NCBI GenBank assembly: GCA_964188305.1 | Contig: OZ076895.1 | Source of the DNA: Podarcis bocagei | Lineage: Eukaryota | Reading direction: 5' to 3' (one strand) | Length of the DNA: 64,000 bases | Part shown: piece after piece, positions 35,681-47,731 of the stretch | How positions within the stretch are numbered: the stretch's first letter is position 1 | Layout of the letters: each line of letters opens with the position of its first letter | The notes under the pieces: model-generated | Told to the model about the DNA's origin: nothing | The model's input: only the letters and a program-made list of their open reading frames with translations | Database searches by the model: none | Program-made: the position numbers and the translations under genes

Positions 35681-36892
35681 GTTCTCCTAGCAATTGCACT
35701 ACAAAAGATGTCACAGTGACCTGCCCCAAGCTGAAGCCTGCATGTGGCAAAAGCTGCTGTTCTGTTCCACTGGTGTAGTCTCAGCCAGATTGGGTTCTAG
35801 TCTGAATGTGTTATGCATGACTTTGGTTTCCAGCAAGGGAAGCAATGCAAAGTCAAGCAAGTCCAAATCTGAATTCCAGTAAAGGCAGCATCATGCAAGG
35901 CAATGGTTCAGGTTTTGATAAAGCCAAGTCATGCAAGGTATAGTTCAGGTTCCAGTAAAATTGTTCAAGCAAATGAGAGGTCAGATTTCAATAAGGTAAA
36001 GTCAAGTGAAGTTGAAGTTAAGTTCCAGCTAGGCAGAGTCCAAGCAAATGGGTAGCACCTTGAAGAATTATGTGTGCCATTCCAGCTGAAGAGTCACACA
36101 AAGAGGCCCAATAATGGTTTCATTTAGATGTCCTTTTTATTGCACATTGCTGATTATTTGTATTCATGACACAGTCATGTACAATCTCCCTTTCAATACT
36201 GTTTGAGCCTGCAAAAATTTTGGGATGGCCACACATCTTCATTTCTAATCAGTGCATATCCCGTGACTTCCTGCTTGAAATCCTATAACATAGCACAAAT
36301 AATATGGTGGCAATGGGGTTTTTTTTGACATGCTTTTGTTGTGCTGCAGCCCCTTTAGACAGCACTAATGTGGTAGCATTGGAGGAGCATCACAGAACTC
36401 AGTAAAACAGAACAAAGCCATCACTTTGATTGTGCTGAGAATGTGTTGCAGAATACACCCACTGTAAAACACCCGTCTGGAAGGACTCAAAGACAAACCA
36501 ACCAACACTGAGCCTTAAACAGAGAAGAAGCTCCACCTGGGTGACTGGCTCTGCCTCAGGTCACCGAAGACTCTTCAGTTAAAGGGGCCTACCTGATTTA
36601 GCAGCCATTGATTATATTGGGGCTGGGAGATTGTAGTTTCACCAGGGCTTCTGGGCTGAAACCCAAGGACATTAATACAGCTTCCTCAGGCTGTACAGGT
36701 GTTTGCAACATGGACTTGGACTAGATCTTCCTTTGAATCTCTGTCCTTCTCCATCAAAATTAGGGAGTCAAAACCCAGGGCCATGAAAGGAATATGCAAC
36801 ACTGGTTGGCTGTGGACAGAGAACCAAGACATACAAGCATATATGGTTTGTTTTTGTTTTTTTAAAGGAAACAACCACATATTCTGAAAGGA

Positions 36893-36965
36893 AAGGACAT
36901 AGCTCATAGGTAGAGCATCTGCTTTACACACAGATGATCCCAGGTTTAATCCCCATCATCTCTAG
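36893..36965 (+). mobile_element. tRNA-Ala-like SINE head (Squam2-type)
   Basis: tagctcataggtagagcatctgctttacacacagatgatcccaggtttaatcccc. Confidence 0.65.
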
Positions 36966-37022
36966 TCTGCAGGATTAACAGGGCTGAGGTACATGAGCTG
37001 GACACAGATAAGAGAGCTTCTC

Positions 37023-37026
<4 letters not shown>

Positions 37027-37082
<56 letters not shown>

Positions 37083-37083
37083 G
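37027..37083. repeat. (GA)n microsatellite followed by a CR1-type tail (37098-37142)
   Basis: Seen directly; tail ends ccattccaaccctacaattctatgattc. Confidence 0.9.
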
Positions 37084-37303
37084 GAGGGCCATTAGCTGTG
37101 ATTCCTGCAATGTAGAGGGTTGGACCCTTAGGATCCATTCCAACCCTACAATTCTATGATTCCCACTATTTTTAATTTACTCAAATGTTCCAGTGTCTTA
37201 TTTGCCATACCTGCAGAAAAAAACTTTTCTCTTGTTTTTGCTAGCCAAACTTCTCAATCCTGAGTGATGATTTCGCCTCCCCTCTCTTCTCTAACTGCTG
37301 CCT

Positions 37304-37353
<50 letters not shown>

Positions 37354-38137
37354 GCATTCCCTCCAGCATCAAGCTGTTGTCCAATGTAAGCCATCACAAT
37401 GTGTCTTTGTCACAATTTGTCTTTGGTGAAGAAAGGTTCCACATTAGTGGAGAAATCACATCATCCTGACATTCACCCCCTGCTAGCTTTTGGTGAGTAT
37501 GTTAGATGAGGGAGACTAAGAAGAAAAATGAAAGCCCTGAAAGTCAAAGGAAACTGTTAAACACTTTTCTGACATCAAAATAAGCACAGTGTAACCCAGC
37601 AACACTTCTGATTCTGTGCCTGAGTTATGGATTCTCTCTTTAACAAATCAACCATAAACAGCCCACACAGTTGGCTCTAGTAATTTTCAAAATATGATAT
37701 ACATAAATTTAACTTTATAATCTTGTGATCAGTGCCACTGTCGGGAAAAATAATAAATCAAGCTCTATTGTGCTGTTTTATATGCTGCCAGAATGCATAA
37801 CTGCTGTGCAGATATTTGATTGATTTGTCATGCATGGACAGGGAGACATGGATGGGGCTTATCAAGTGCCATTTTTGGCTTTGCAAGCCTGCAAGGCAGT
37901 CACAAAACTCTCACCATGCTCCAGTGTGTTTCTCAATTATGCCCCAGCTTATTTTATTGGTTATAGTATCTGTGGGACCTAAGCATAGTGCAAACCACTT
38001 GGTTCCATCTTAATGCCATGAAGCAGCAAGCTGTGTTAGCTGAGGAGGGAAAAAAACCTTAGGCTGCAATATTATGGATACCTACATTTAGAGAAAGCTT
38101 CATTGAACTCAGAGGTACTTGCCTCTGAATAAACATA

Positions 38138-38308
38138 CAGGTGTACCTTGGAAGTCAAATGGAATCCGTTCTGGAAGTCTGTTCAACTTCCAAAATGTTT
38201 GAATTCCAAGGCATGGCTTCCGATTGGCTTCAGGAAGCTTCCGGTTTTTGATCATTCAGGAGACAAAACGTTCAGCAACTAAGCCGTTCAAATTCCAATG
38301 TACAACTG
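38138..38308. mobile_element. Tigger-like MITE nested in a short reptile repeat
   Basis: TA|CAGGTGTACCTTGGAAGT ... AATTCCAATGTACAACTG|TA. The flanks rejoin into the ggctgcaat...cataggatt repeat also seen at ~22045, ~25670, ~52775 and ~56990. Confidence 0.75.
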
Positions 38309-38967
38309 TACATAGGATTATGGTATCAAAAACTGCCTAGTCTGAATCCTTTATAATCAATGAAGTTATCAGACATCAACTTCCAATATAAATGGTCTAA
38401 GAGCCTTGTTTGTATGTAGTGTTAAACCATAGTATGATAAACTGCGGTTTATCAAACCATGGTTTCTTGATAAACTGAACCCTTCCCAGTTGCGTAACTA
38501 TGGTTTGTTTACTGCTAACAAACCACATCTGAAGTAATGGCTTGTTGGCTTATGAACCTTGGTTTATTTTGATTTGGTAGAGTGTGTGGACTTTTCCTTA
38601 ACCATAGTTTGTTTTGCCACCTTCAGCCAAGATGCTCCAAACCTGCAATGGGATAAAGCAAGAGCAGCTGGAAGACAAACCAAGCTTTGGAAACTTGGCT
38701 TGTAGCTGAAACCTGGGAAGGGCAACAATGTCATGCAACCCACTGTGAAATAATTTCAGAATTGTGTGACTGGATAAATAAATTGCATTTGGGTATTACA
38801 GCAAACCATGGTGTGCTGTAATGAGATGGACCATCGCACACCTCATGCTTGTTTGCTTCCCTTTCCTTCTTCCTCCTTTGTGCATGAGAGGAGATTTTAA
38901 GCTTTAAGATGCATTCAGAGGGAACCACATTTTCCCATATCTTCCAGAACACGAAATAAAACTGTTA

Positions 38968-39846
38968 CAGTGGTACTGTAGCCTTATTGGAATTTACCGA
39001 TTGGGTCTGCGTTGCTCCGGGACAGGAGGAAGGAAGTCAAACGACACCTGAGGTTGATTCAAAGAAAGAGTTTATTCTGCTCTCCGGATAGCAGAAGGCA
39101 CTTGCGTGATCAAGTCCACAGCAAGTCCAAAGAAATGACAGGTTTCATGCAGTTTATATATCCTCCAGGCATCCTCTCACTCCTCCCCTAGGAGCCCAAC
39201 CACGTCGGCCTACGTACACAGGTTGACATCACATATGTTCCTGCTCTGGTACTCTCAACCATAAAAGGATCTTCCTTCCTGTACTTCTGATCATAAAAGG
39301 ATCTTCCTCTTCCTACTCTTATCTGGGACGCAGAGGTCACCATTTCCGAGAACACACTCTGGCGTTATTCCCAGACATGGGTCTGCGCGTCTTTGTGGTC
39401 AGGACATAAGATATGTCTGTGTCTGTTCTACTGGTAAAGTCAAGGCCAGTCTTGCCGTCAAACTGATAAGGGAGAGAGCTGTGTTCTTGTTTTGCATTTG
39501 CTCAACGGCTAAAGTTTATGCATTTTAGCTAAGGAGAAATAGGGATTTTTGTGCAGTTTAAAAACTGCCTGCACAGTCAGTTTTGGGGTTTGGGAAACCC
39601 ATTCCTTCAGTACCTTGGGTTACATATGCTTCAGGTTACATATGCTTCAGATTACAGACTCCACTAACCCAGCTATAGTACCTCGGGTTAAGAGCTTTGC
39701 TTCAGGATGAGAACAGAAATTGTGCTCCAGTGGTGTGGCGGCAGCAGGAGGCCCCATTAGCTAAAGTGGTGCTTCAGGTTAAGAACAGTTTCAGGTTAAG
39801 AACGAACCTCCGGAACGAATTAAGTACTTAACCCGAGGTACCACTG
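38968..39846. mobile_element. Tigger-like MITE whose left TIR is interrupted by a solo LTR
   Basis: TA|CAGTGGTAC[LTR]CTTGGGTTA ... TAACCCGAGGTACCACTG|TA. Confidence 0.88.
38977..39609 (-). mobile_element. Solo LTR (633 bp), ERV1- or Gypsy-type
   Basis: TG...CA termini with a 4-bp TSD GTAC (38973-38976, 39610-39613). Minus-strand TATATAAA (39153-39160) and AATAAA (39071-39076). Duplicated cataaaaggatcttcct in U3. Confidence 0.88.
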
Positions 39847-42328
39847 TATTTGATTTCTATTTTTTTATTTGTAAAGTTGATTGTTTGCTAAAACCCCTGG
39901 ATGACTGTTTGATGTTTTATTAATGGAAGCTAATGACAAGAGATAGTCGCTTGCTTTACAGTCCACCTTTAAGCTTTTGGTAGCCATCACAAAGCAACAT
40001 CGCTCCAGATGAGCTTTTATCATTGAGCTTTATCAGACAGAATCAACAATGGGCCCATAAAAGCCCATTACCTGTCGATATTTTACAATATTCTTGGAGC
40101 ACCCCGAAAAGAACTACAAGGAATTGAGGGGTGCACTTGTCAGATTGTGTGTGCAGCCTCTTGGGACATAAAATGTCTTTGGCCGGTTTTGACATTATCA
40201 GAGGGAATTACTCTTATGCCTCAGTCCAAATCAAAATGCCAGATTTGCCTTTTAAAAAGAAGTGTTTGTTCCTTTTTGACACTACCACCATCCTGGTGTA
40301 TTTCTGTACTTCACAGAATGTTTAGCACTTTCTGCCCTGTTGAGCACACCTTGACATCTTTGTCTTTCCCTTTAACAGCCCTTCCGTAGCATATGGCGTA
40401 CATGCACAACTGCTCAAGTATTTTTAGATTTGCTCCCTTACAACCACCCAAATATCGAACAGATGTGCTAATGGTCTTTACAATGAATGCACTGTGGACA
40501 CAGAGGTATGATGAGGCTCGTAGCAAACTCATTTCTCCATTTGCTCATGCGGTGCTCACCTGTGTTATACTGGCAGCCTGTTTGCTTACTGTAAGCACAA
40601 TTCTCTTCAAAACTAACTTTGGATCTTTATTTTTACCTGAGGGAAGCGCTTTATGTGACTTGCCCACCTTTTACACCCCCTAGACTTAGTTTGCTAGGGA
40701 GAACTAAACTATGCCAGCAGAGGTTTATCTCATACATCCAGTGTTTAAACAGAATGCACACAAAATGAGCAAAAGTAATAGCTGGCTTGTTTTTAAGCCC
40801 ATGTGGAAATTGGTGCTCTTAAATTTTCCCACATAAAGTCTGCTGTCAGTTCTCGTTATATATATGAGTTCCCATTTGTAATGTAAATGGACATATGCAG
40901 TCAGGAACAACCCATTGCAAGATGCTGGCTTTTGGGTTCACACTGATAGATATGCCCTTGGCTCTCATTTAAGTCTCATGGTTGCTGGTGAGTAGCAAGG
41001 CTTCACCTGAATTCAGTCTTGGTTGGATTGTGAACCTAGCCTGCTAGGTTGACAACTTTTTTTGTAAGTTATAAGTAAACACTCTTGGATGTAAATACTG
41101 TTGAAATAAATAGGACTGGTTTCCAAGGGAATGTTTCTTAGGATCTGGATGTAGGTAGCACAGAGGAAGATAATATTTATAGAACTACCACACACTTGGA
41201 ACCACGAAGGAAAGTTTAGCTGTTCTTAATGAACTGTGTACATCACCTTGATACATATATGTGGAAGTGATATTCTTATTATTAGCAATGAATAACCTTT
41301 CAGAAGTAAGAAGGGATTAAATGGCAATCTGGACCCACAGCAGTTGAAGCATAGTCATACAGTGATTTAAATTTAAGATTTTAAATCTTAAGAGCGTAGG
41401 CTGTTATTGTGTATAGTCTGAACAAAATGGGTGCCCTGATCATAATGTCCAGCCCTTGTGGTACAAAAAGATGTTCTCCAGATGAGCAAAACTAAGATAT
41501 AACCATTTATGGAATTCTGTCATCTGAATTTCTATTTCTGTTCATCTAGTTCCTAACATGCATATTCTTCGCACTGAGGTTCTGGCAATCATGAAAATTA
41601 CAGTGACTGAAACTGGTTATCATGGACAAAATATAACATTAGAGCTTTGAGTGACCAATAAAAAACCCAAAAGAACCATGTTGACTGTCTGAAAAGCCAT
41701 TTAGCTGAATAGTTTTCTACGTAATGCTGCTTATCAAGAAAGTGGCTGCTGATCGCAATGATTCTGCAGTTGCAATGGCCCTTGTTCAGAAGTCATTTTG
41801 TAGGCAGGGACATTTTTCTGATATAATAAGTCTTGTGCCAGCAGAACTCTCAGTTGTGTTCATTGTCTTTGCCACTAAGAGTTCAATGGCCCTTGAAAGC
41901 TAGAGGCTCTTAGGCAGTAACAGACCTGCATTAACTCTGCTGCATTTACCTGTAGATATTTTGTCAGACTTTATTAGTGCATGAATATTTGTTATGGATC
42001 CTTATGAGAAAATAATAGCTCCATGGCCTTTTAGGTTTCTAATACGTGGTTTGTTTAAACTGTAGATACTATACTTCTCTTAGTGTCTCCACAGTGCCTA
42101 CTCTTTATTCAAATAAGCTACCAAACTTGGGTCTCCAGCTGGTCTCCTGACCACTGCTCCTGCTAGCTAGGGATGATGGAACTTGTAGTCCAAAAATAGC
42201 TGGCAACCCATGTTTGGGAAACCCTGGCCCTATGTGCACGACTCTCAATTTGAGGGCAAGAAGTTCTGGGTTCATTCTCCAATCAAGCTTCTGTAGCAAG
42301 GGGGAAGTAGGGCCATGCCTTGCATGTA

Positions 42329-42586
42329 GAGCCAGTGTGGTGTAGTGGTTAAGAGTGGTAGATTCGTAATCTGGTGAACCGGGTTCGCGTCTCCGCTCCT
42401 CCACATGCAGCTGCTGGGTGACCCTAGGCTAGTCACACTTCTCTGAAGTCTCTCAGCCTCACTCACCTCACAGAGTGTTTGTTGTGGGGGAGGAAGGGGG
42501 GAGGATAATGTTAGCCACTTTGAGACTCCTTCGGATAGTGATAAAGCAGGATATCAAATCCAAACTCTTCTTCCTCTTCTTCTTCT
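42329..42586 (+). mobile_element. Full-length tRNA-derived squamate SINE (Squam3/POMSINE-like) with a (TTC)n tail, inside an old L2 fragment
   Basis: A box TGGTGTAGTGG, B box GGTTCGCGTCT, CORE-like gctgggtgaccctaggctagtcac, and an L2-like end agccactttgagactcc. Confidence 0.88.
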
Positions 42587-42944
42587 AGAATGTCCCAACT
42601 CCAGCTTTTGACACATCCACTATATTGAAACAGGGATTGGAAATCTCTGGCCCATGGATTGAAAGCAGCCTTCCAAGCATCTCCTTGGGGCTCTCCCCAG
42701 ACCATGCTTCTCCACGGCCCTGTTTTGTGCCCTTGTCAAATGCTTGCATGGTGGGGATGTGTATGGTGATGAATGCCTCTTGCTTATTTGGGAGGTGTAG
42801 ACGGTGGTGTAGAAATCCTTGGCTTTTGCGTGGCTGGAGTGCAGCCTGCCTTAGAAAGAGAAGAATTGCATGCATCCTTTGATCTGCTTAACTCTGACCA
42901 AGCAGAAATGTAGCCCTGGGGCGGAAAATGGTTCTTCGCTTCTA

Positions 42945-43599
42945 CATATGCTCCAAGTGTCCCAATTTTCCAGGGACAGCCCCAGAAGTACATAGCCCAC
43001 CCCAGTTTCTGATTTGATCCCAGAATGTCCCTATTTCCCCTGCCAGTGCTGCTGTCACTGAGCTCAGGGAGGTGAGTGAGATGGTGCTTGTCCTGAGCAG
43101 TGGCAAGGGAAGCATCCTGTTACCACTCCTTGGCCTCTCCATGGCTGCTGCTGTCGGCCTCCTCCCTTGGGCAGATTGTAGCAGTTGTGGGAGAGCAGGT
43201 GAGGAGGAGGAGAGGCTGCAGCCCTGTGTAATGCACTGGCCCTGAGGGGCAGGAAGAGAGCAGGGCTGCCCTGGGTGGGAAGAAAGGAGGAGCAGAGCAG
43301 AGCACTAGGAGTCTTGAATTAAATAATAATAATACATTGTGTGTCCACATCTAATCTTGCCACTTTCTAAAATTTATTTATTGGTGTGTAAATCTTCCAA
43401 AGAATAAAATAAAATCAGGATTAAAGGGTTTTCTCAGGACAATGGAGGGTGTGAGTGCTGTGTTCCATTGGTGTGGTGGCGGCCCTCACCCTTCTTCTGA
43501 TAGGAAATGCTCTGTGGGGGGGGGGAATGGTGGAATGAGGAGGGTCAGTGGGGAGTGAGAAGTGTTCCTATTTTCATCTAAGGAATGTCGGAGGGTATG
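42945..43599. mobile_element. hAT-like non-autonomous element
   Basis: Ends CATATGCTCCAA / TCGGAGGGTATG; subterminal sequence shared with 47487-47731. Confidence 0.7.
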
Positions 43600-43609
43600 C
43601 TTCTGTACT

Positions 43610-43737
43610 TAAAGGATCAGGTTGCAGTTGATGAGAGGGGCTTCTGTCAGAGACTCTGGAGAGCTGCTGTCAGAGCAGACGATACTGAGGTAAATGCACA
43701 AATGTTCAGATCTTGGTACAAGGCAGCTTCCTATTTA
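43610..43737 (+). mobile_element. Squam2-type SINE 3' part
   Basis: gactctggagagctgctgtcag...gatactgag...gtacaaggcagcttcctat. Confidence 0.6.
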
Positions 43738-45580
43738 ATGAAAATTGAAAATTTCAGCCCTGTTCTTCCGATTTTTTTTCTTGATTTATATAACAGATAG
43801 AAGGTGTGTGCTTTCCCCTGCTAACGTCAAACTTCATCATTCAGTTGTGTAAGAACATTTCAATCAGCAGAATATTTCTGAAGCCATTGATACACCCACT
43901 CAGTTGTGCATATGCTAATTTAAAGTTCGAACTTTCGTCTTCACAAAATATCAGCGTTAAGTGTACTACCTCATACAAAATTTCACACAGCATCTTGAAG
44001 CAGAAATGTTGTCAGCTATGAGTATAACTGGGAAATGCTGAAACTACTAGTCTTTTGCTTCCATATGCACAAGAGACCATTTGCTAATCATCAGGCTTGG
44101 AATACCTTTCCAATTCTCAATGATTTTTCTAGGGATTGATGGCAAAAAACGAGTTGGGAGTCCAAGCGCTGCATCCACCAGCGAGGGCCAAGAGTCAGAC
44201 TTAAACTGCTGAATGCTGGCCAACAAAGGATTGGTTGTCCATGGTGCCCCCTCAGCTCACCCCTTGTAAGCAGCTGCTGAAAGACATATTGGAATCAGGT
44301 GGTTTTGCCCTTGATATGGCTGAAGGTGAGTTTTAACAGCAACTCACTTCAGCCTACACTTCTAGGTAGAATGTTAACAGCCCTTTGTAGATCTGCTATT
44401 ATTAAAAGCCATGCCTCTTTAATCCCATTTAATTGTCTCATGTCTTCATTCTGGGTGAGAGGTATGTTCGCTGATTTAAATTAGATTTTGCAACACTAAG
44501 TAGTATCTCTAGGTCTGCTCTTAGGGCCGAAAACTCTCAGCTGTCATACAAACTTAGGCCAAATTTTACAGTGAAAATGCACAGTAACTTCTATCATTCT
44601 AAACACTAGTTATTTGTTAAGAAAAACATTTTCAGACGGATTTTCATTTTTAAAAAACTCATTTTTATAAGCACAAAGGTGTTCATTTCAGTTCTTAACA
44701 ACTGAGAGCTGGACTCCCCCTCCCTTCACCCCAGTTTAAATATCACTGTTTTCTCAGTAAATATACAACTGTATGATGTTACCACTTGCCGCTTCAGGCT
44801 TGCCTTTATATTGCTGTAATTCACTGCACTGTATAAACCTTTATTCCTTTTCCTATACAGGGAATCGTGTAACTCAAAATGTTTTCCTGTTGTGACGGAG
44901 AAGATGAAGAATTATAAAGACTAACACTACAATTTAACGCTTCACAGAAACAGTGTATACCATTCCTTCTCTGTAGACAAGCACACTAATTAATATTTAT
45001 TGCACCTGTCAAACCTGTAGCCATGGTCAATCCATTGCCGCGGCAGTTCAGTGGGAGGCTGGGCACCATCTTTCTCCTTGGCAGGCATGTTTAGGTCATC
45101 AACAAAGACAAAAGCCCTTTTCCCTAGCGGAGCACTGCAAGCCCTCTTCTTTCTCCTGCAAAATTAAACCATTAATTTTATTCATGTTAATTTTCATCCT
45201 TGCCTGAAACAGCAGGAAGAAGAGGCAGAAGGGAGGGAAAGAGATATATAAAAAAAGAAAGGCAGCCTCTCTTTACCAGGAAACCATCTGACATTATTGT
45301 TAGAATCAGTACTTTTGGAATCTGTGACCTTTGATTTTTATCAGCTGTGCCTTAAAGGTCAGGGAAGCATGGGGAGAACATAGTTATAAATCCACATGGT
45401 GTTTAATCAAAGATGGCAAGCCCTTCTGAAGTAAACAAGCTAATAAAACCATTCTAGTTAAAAACCTTTGTTAACAGAGTGTCAACAAAACCCTGCTGTC
45501 ATTAAGTGACTAGCAACTGAATTAATTAAACATGGAGGGTAAAATTAAACTAACTTGGGTTGTCTTGCCTCCTGAAAGTA

Positions 45581-46421
45581 CAGTGGTGCCCCGCAAGAAG
45601 AATGCCTCGCAAGACAGAAAACTTGCTAGACGAAAGGGTTTTCCGTTTTTGAGCTGCTTCGCAAGACGAATTTCCCTATGGGCTTGCTTCGCAAGACGAA
45701 AACGTCTTGCAAGTTTGTTTCCTTTTTCTTAACACCGTTAATACAGTTGCGACTTGATTTCGAGGAGCAACTTATAGAACGCAGTGTACATAGTAGCCTT
45801 TTTTGAGGTTTTTAAAGACTTTGGTGATTTTTGAAGCTTTTCCAAAACTTCTTTTGCAGCCATTTGGTAAGTTAAGCTTTTAAAACTTTTTTGGGGGGTT
45901 CTGGATTTTGGGTTGGGGTGTTTGGAATTCAAGGACTTGGTGTTGGGAAGGGGTTTGCAAGAATCTGGAAGCTTGTGTGTTTTTTTCTGCATTTTTATGA
46001 TTTTCTGTGACTATTGGACCACTCTGCTGTTTTTTAAAAAAAAATCTGGATTTGAATTTCTGTGTGCTGGGTGGCTGGGGGAACAGTTGGGGAGGGGTTT
46101 GCAAGAATCTGGAAGCTTGTTTTTTTCCCTGCATTTTTATGATTTTCTGTGACCATTGGACCACTCTGCTGTTGTTGTTTTTTTTTAAAAAAAATCTGGG
46201 TTTGAATTTTGAAATGCTCTTTACAGTATGTGTGACTTTAAAGAGCACTTAATAAACTCTTGTTGTACCAAATTTGGCTTTGTTTGGACTTTTTTGACCA
46301 TAGGAACACATTAATTGATTTTCAATGCATTCCGATGGGAAACCGTGCTTCGCAAGACGAAAAATTCGCTAGACGAAAAAATTCGCGGAACGAATTAATT
46401 TCGTCTTGTGAGGCACCACTG
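45581..46421. mobile_element. Tigger-like MITE with an internal duplication
   Basis: TA|CAGTGGTGCCCCGCAAGA ... TCTTGTGAGGCACCACTG|TA. Repeated gcaagacgaa subterminal motifs; duplicated block at ~45949-46059 and ~46094-46210. Confidence 0.9.
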
Positions 46422-46931
46422 TACTTTGGCTTCTTGAGTTAGGCCCTTTCTGAGAACATAGTCTCTGGGCACACTCCTTCTGCTGTTTCTTTCATCTTAG
46501 CTAAATTTGGAGGTATAAACATTCCCAAAGACAAAGGGTAAACTAGTCATGTAAACTAATTGGTATGAACAAAATAACACCAAGTAGTATTAGAAAGTTG
46601 TAACCAATGATTCCAGTTACGAGGGACTGAGGCCTTCAAAAATACAGATGCTTGAAAGTCGATAAGATTCTCTGGCCCTGATGTTTAGAATCTGTGTATT
46701 CTGTGAATAGAGGAAGAAACAGAATCCTGCCCTTGTTCTTGCTCCCAGCCTTGGCTATGTGCACATAAAACCCATGAATGTGAAAGCTGCATGCTCTTTC
46801 TGTGCAACCAGCCCTAAGTACAGATGCAGTTCCCCTGAAAATATAGTATAAGTGGGAGGCGGGGGGGGGGGCGGAGGGGTGAACCTGCCAAGCCTACTCA
46901 TGTCCCTCATTACACACTTCATACCTAACAC

Positions 46932-47082
46932 CAGTGCCTTTTTTCCCCCTAAAAAAAATGTTTAGGGGTACTCTCATTTTCCTACTCATATTGAAATACT
47001 GCCCCTCAATGAGGCCAAACTTAGATTCACAAAATATTTAGGGGTATGTGTACCCCTGCATCTCCCCAGAAAAAAAGCACTG
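46932..47082. mobile_element. hAT-type MITE
   Basis: CAGTGCCTTTTTT / AAAAAAAGCACTG termini; TSD cctaacac / cctaaacac. Confidence 0.82.
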
Positions 47083-47486
47083 CCTAAACACACACACAAT
47101 CCCCCAAAGGAGTGATATTTTGAGATTTTAGGAAATTAGCAAAAATCGCTAAATCCCAATTTCCAAAATAAATTTGTTTGTTATAAGCACCAAGATTGGA
47201 TTCAAGACCAAAATGGCCGCGTAGCTGGAATCGCCAAAATGCAGGCTCTACAAATCTGACTAAAGCTTATGCTTTTTTTTCCTCGCCCCCCTCCCACTTT
47301 GATAGAAATAGACAGAGGTGAGGAATAATGCTGCTGCACTGGAAGGAGAGAGGTGTGGCACTAGAGATCTGTCAGGCTGCAGCGTAAATGTGGGACACTG
47401 TAGTTTACCCCCCCCCCCCGGTTACAATTCTCAGAAACCCTGAGCAAACTACAGTGCCCAGAATTCTTTGAGGGAAAGAATGTTAA

Positions 47487-47731
47487 AGTGTCCCTATTTT
47501 CCAGGGACAGCCCCAGATTTACATAAGCCATCCCGGTTTCAGATTTGATCCTGGAATGTCCCGCTTTTCCTTAGGTTGCCCCTATTTTCATCTGAGAAAT
47601 GTTGGAGGATACTGTAGGACATCCCTATTTTCATCAGCAAAATGTCGGAGATTATGGAATAGGACATCCCTATTTTCATCAGGTAATTGTTGGGATGCCC
47701 CTCTTTTCACTGAAGAAATGTTGGAGGGTAT
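47487..47731. mobile_element. hAT-like element with a tandemly iterated right end
   Basis: Four ccctattttcatc-like units, three followed by aaatgt(t/c)ggag; related to 42945-43599. Confidence 0.7.

Noticed and set aside
47570-47731. Spaced repeats superficially like a CRISPR array
   Set aside because: Vertebrate DNA with degenerate units, no unique spacers and no cas genes; these are transposon end repeats.
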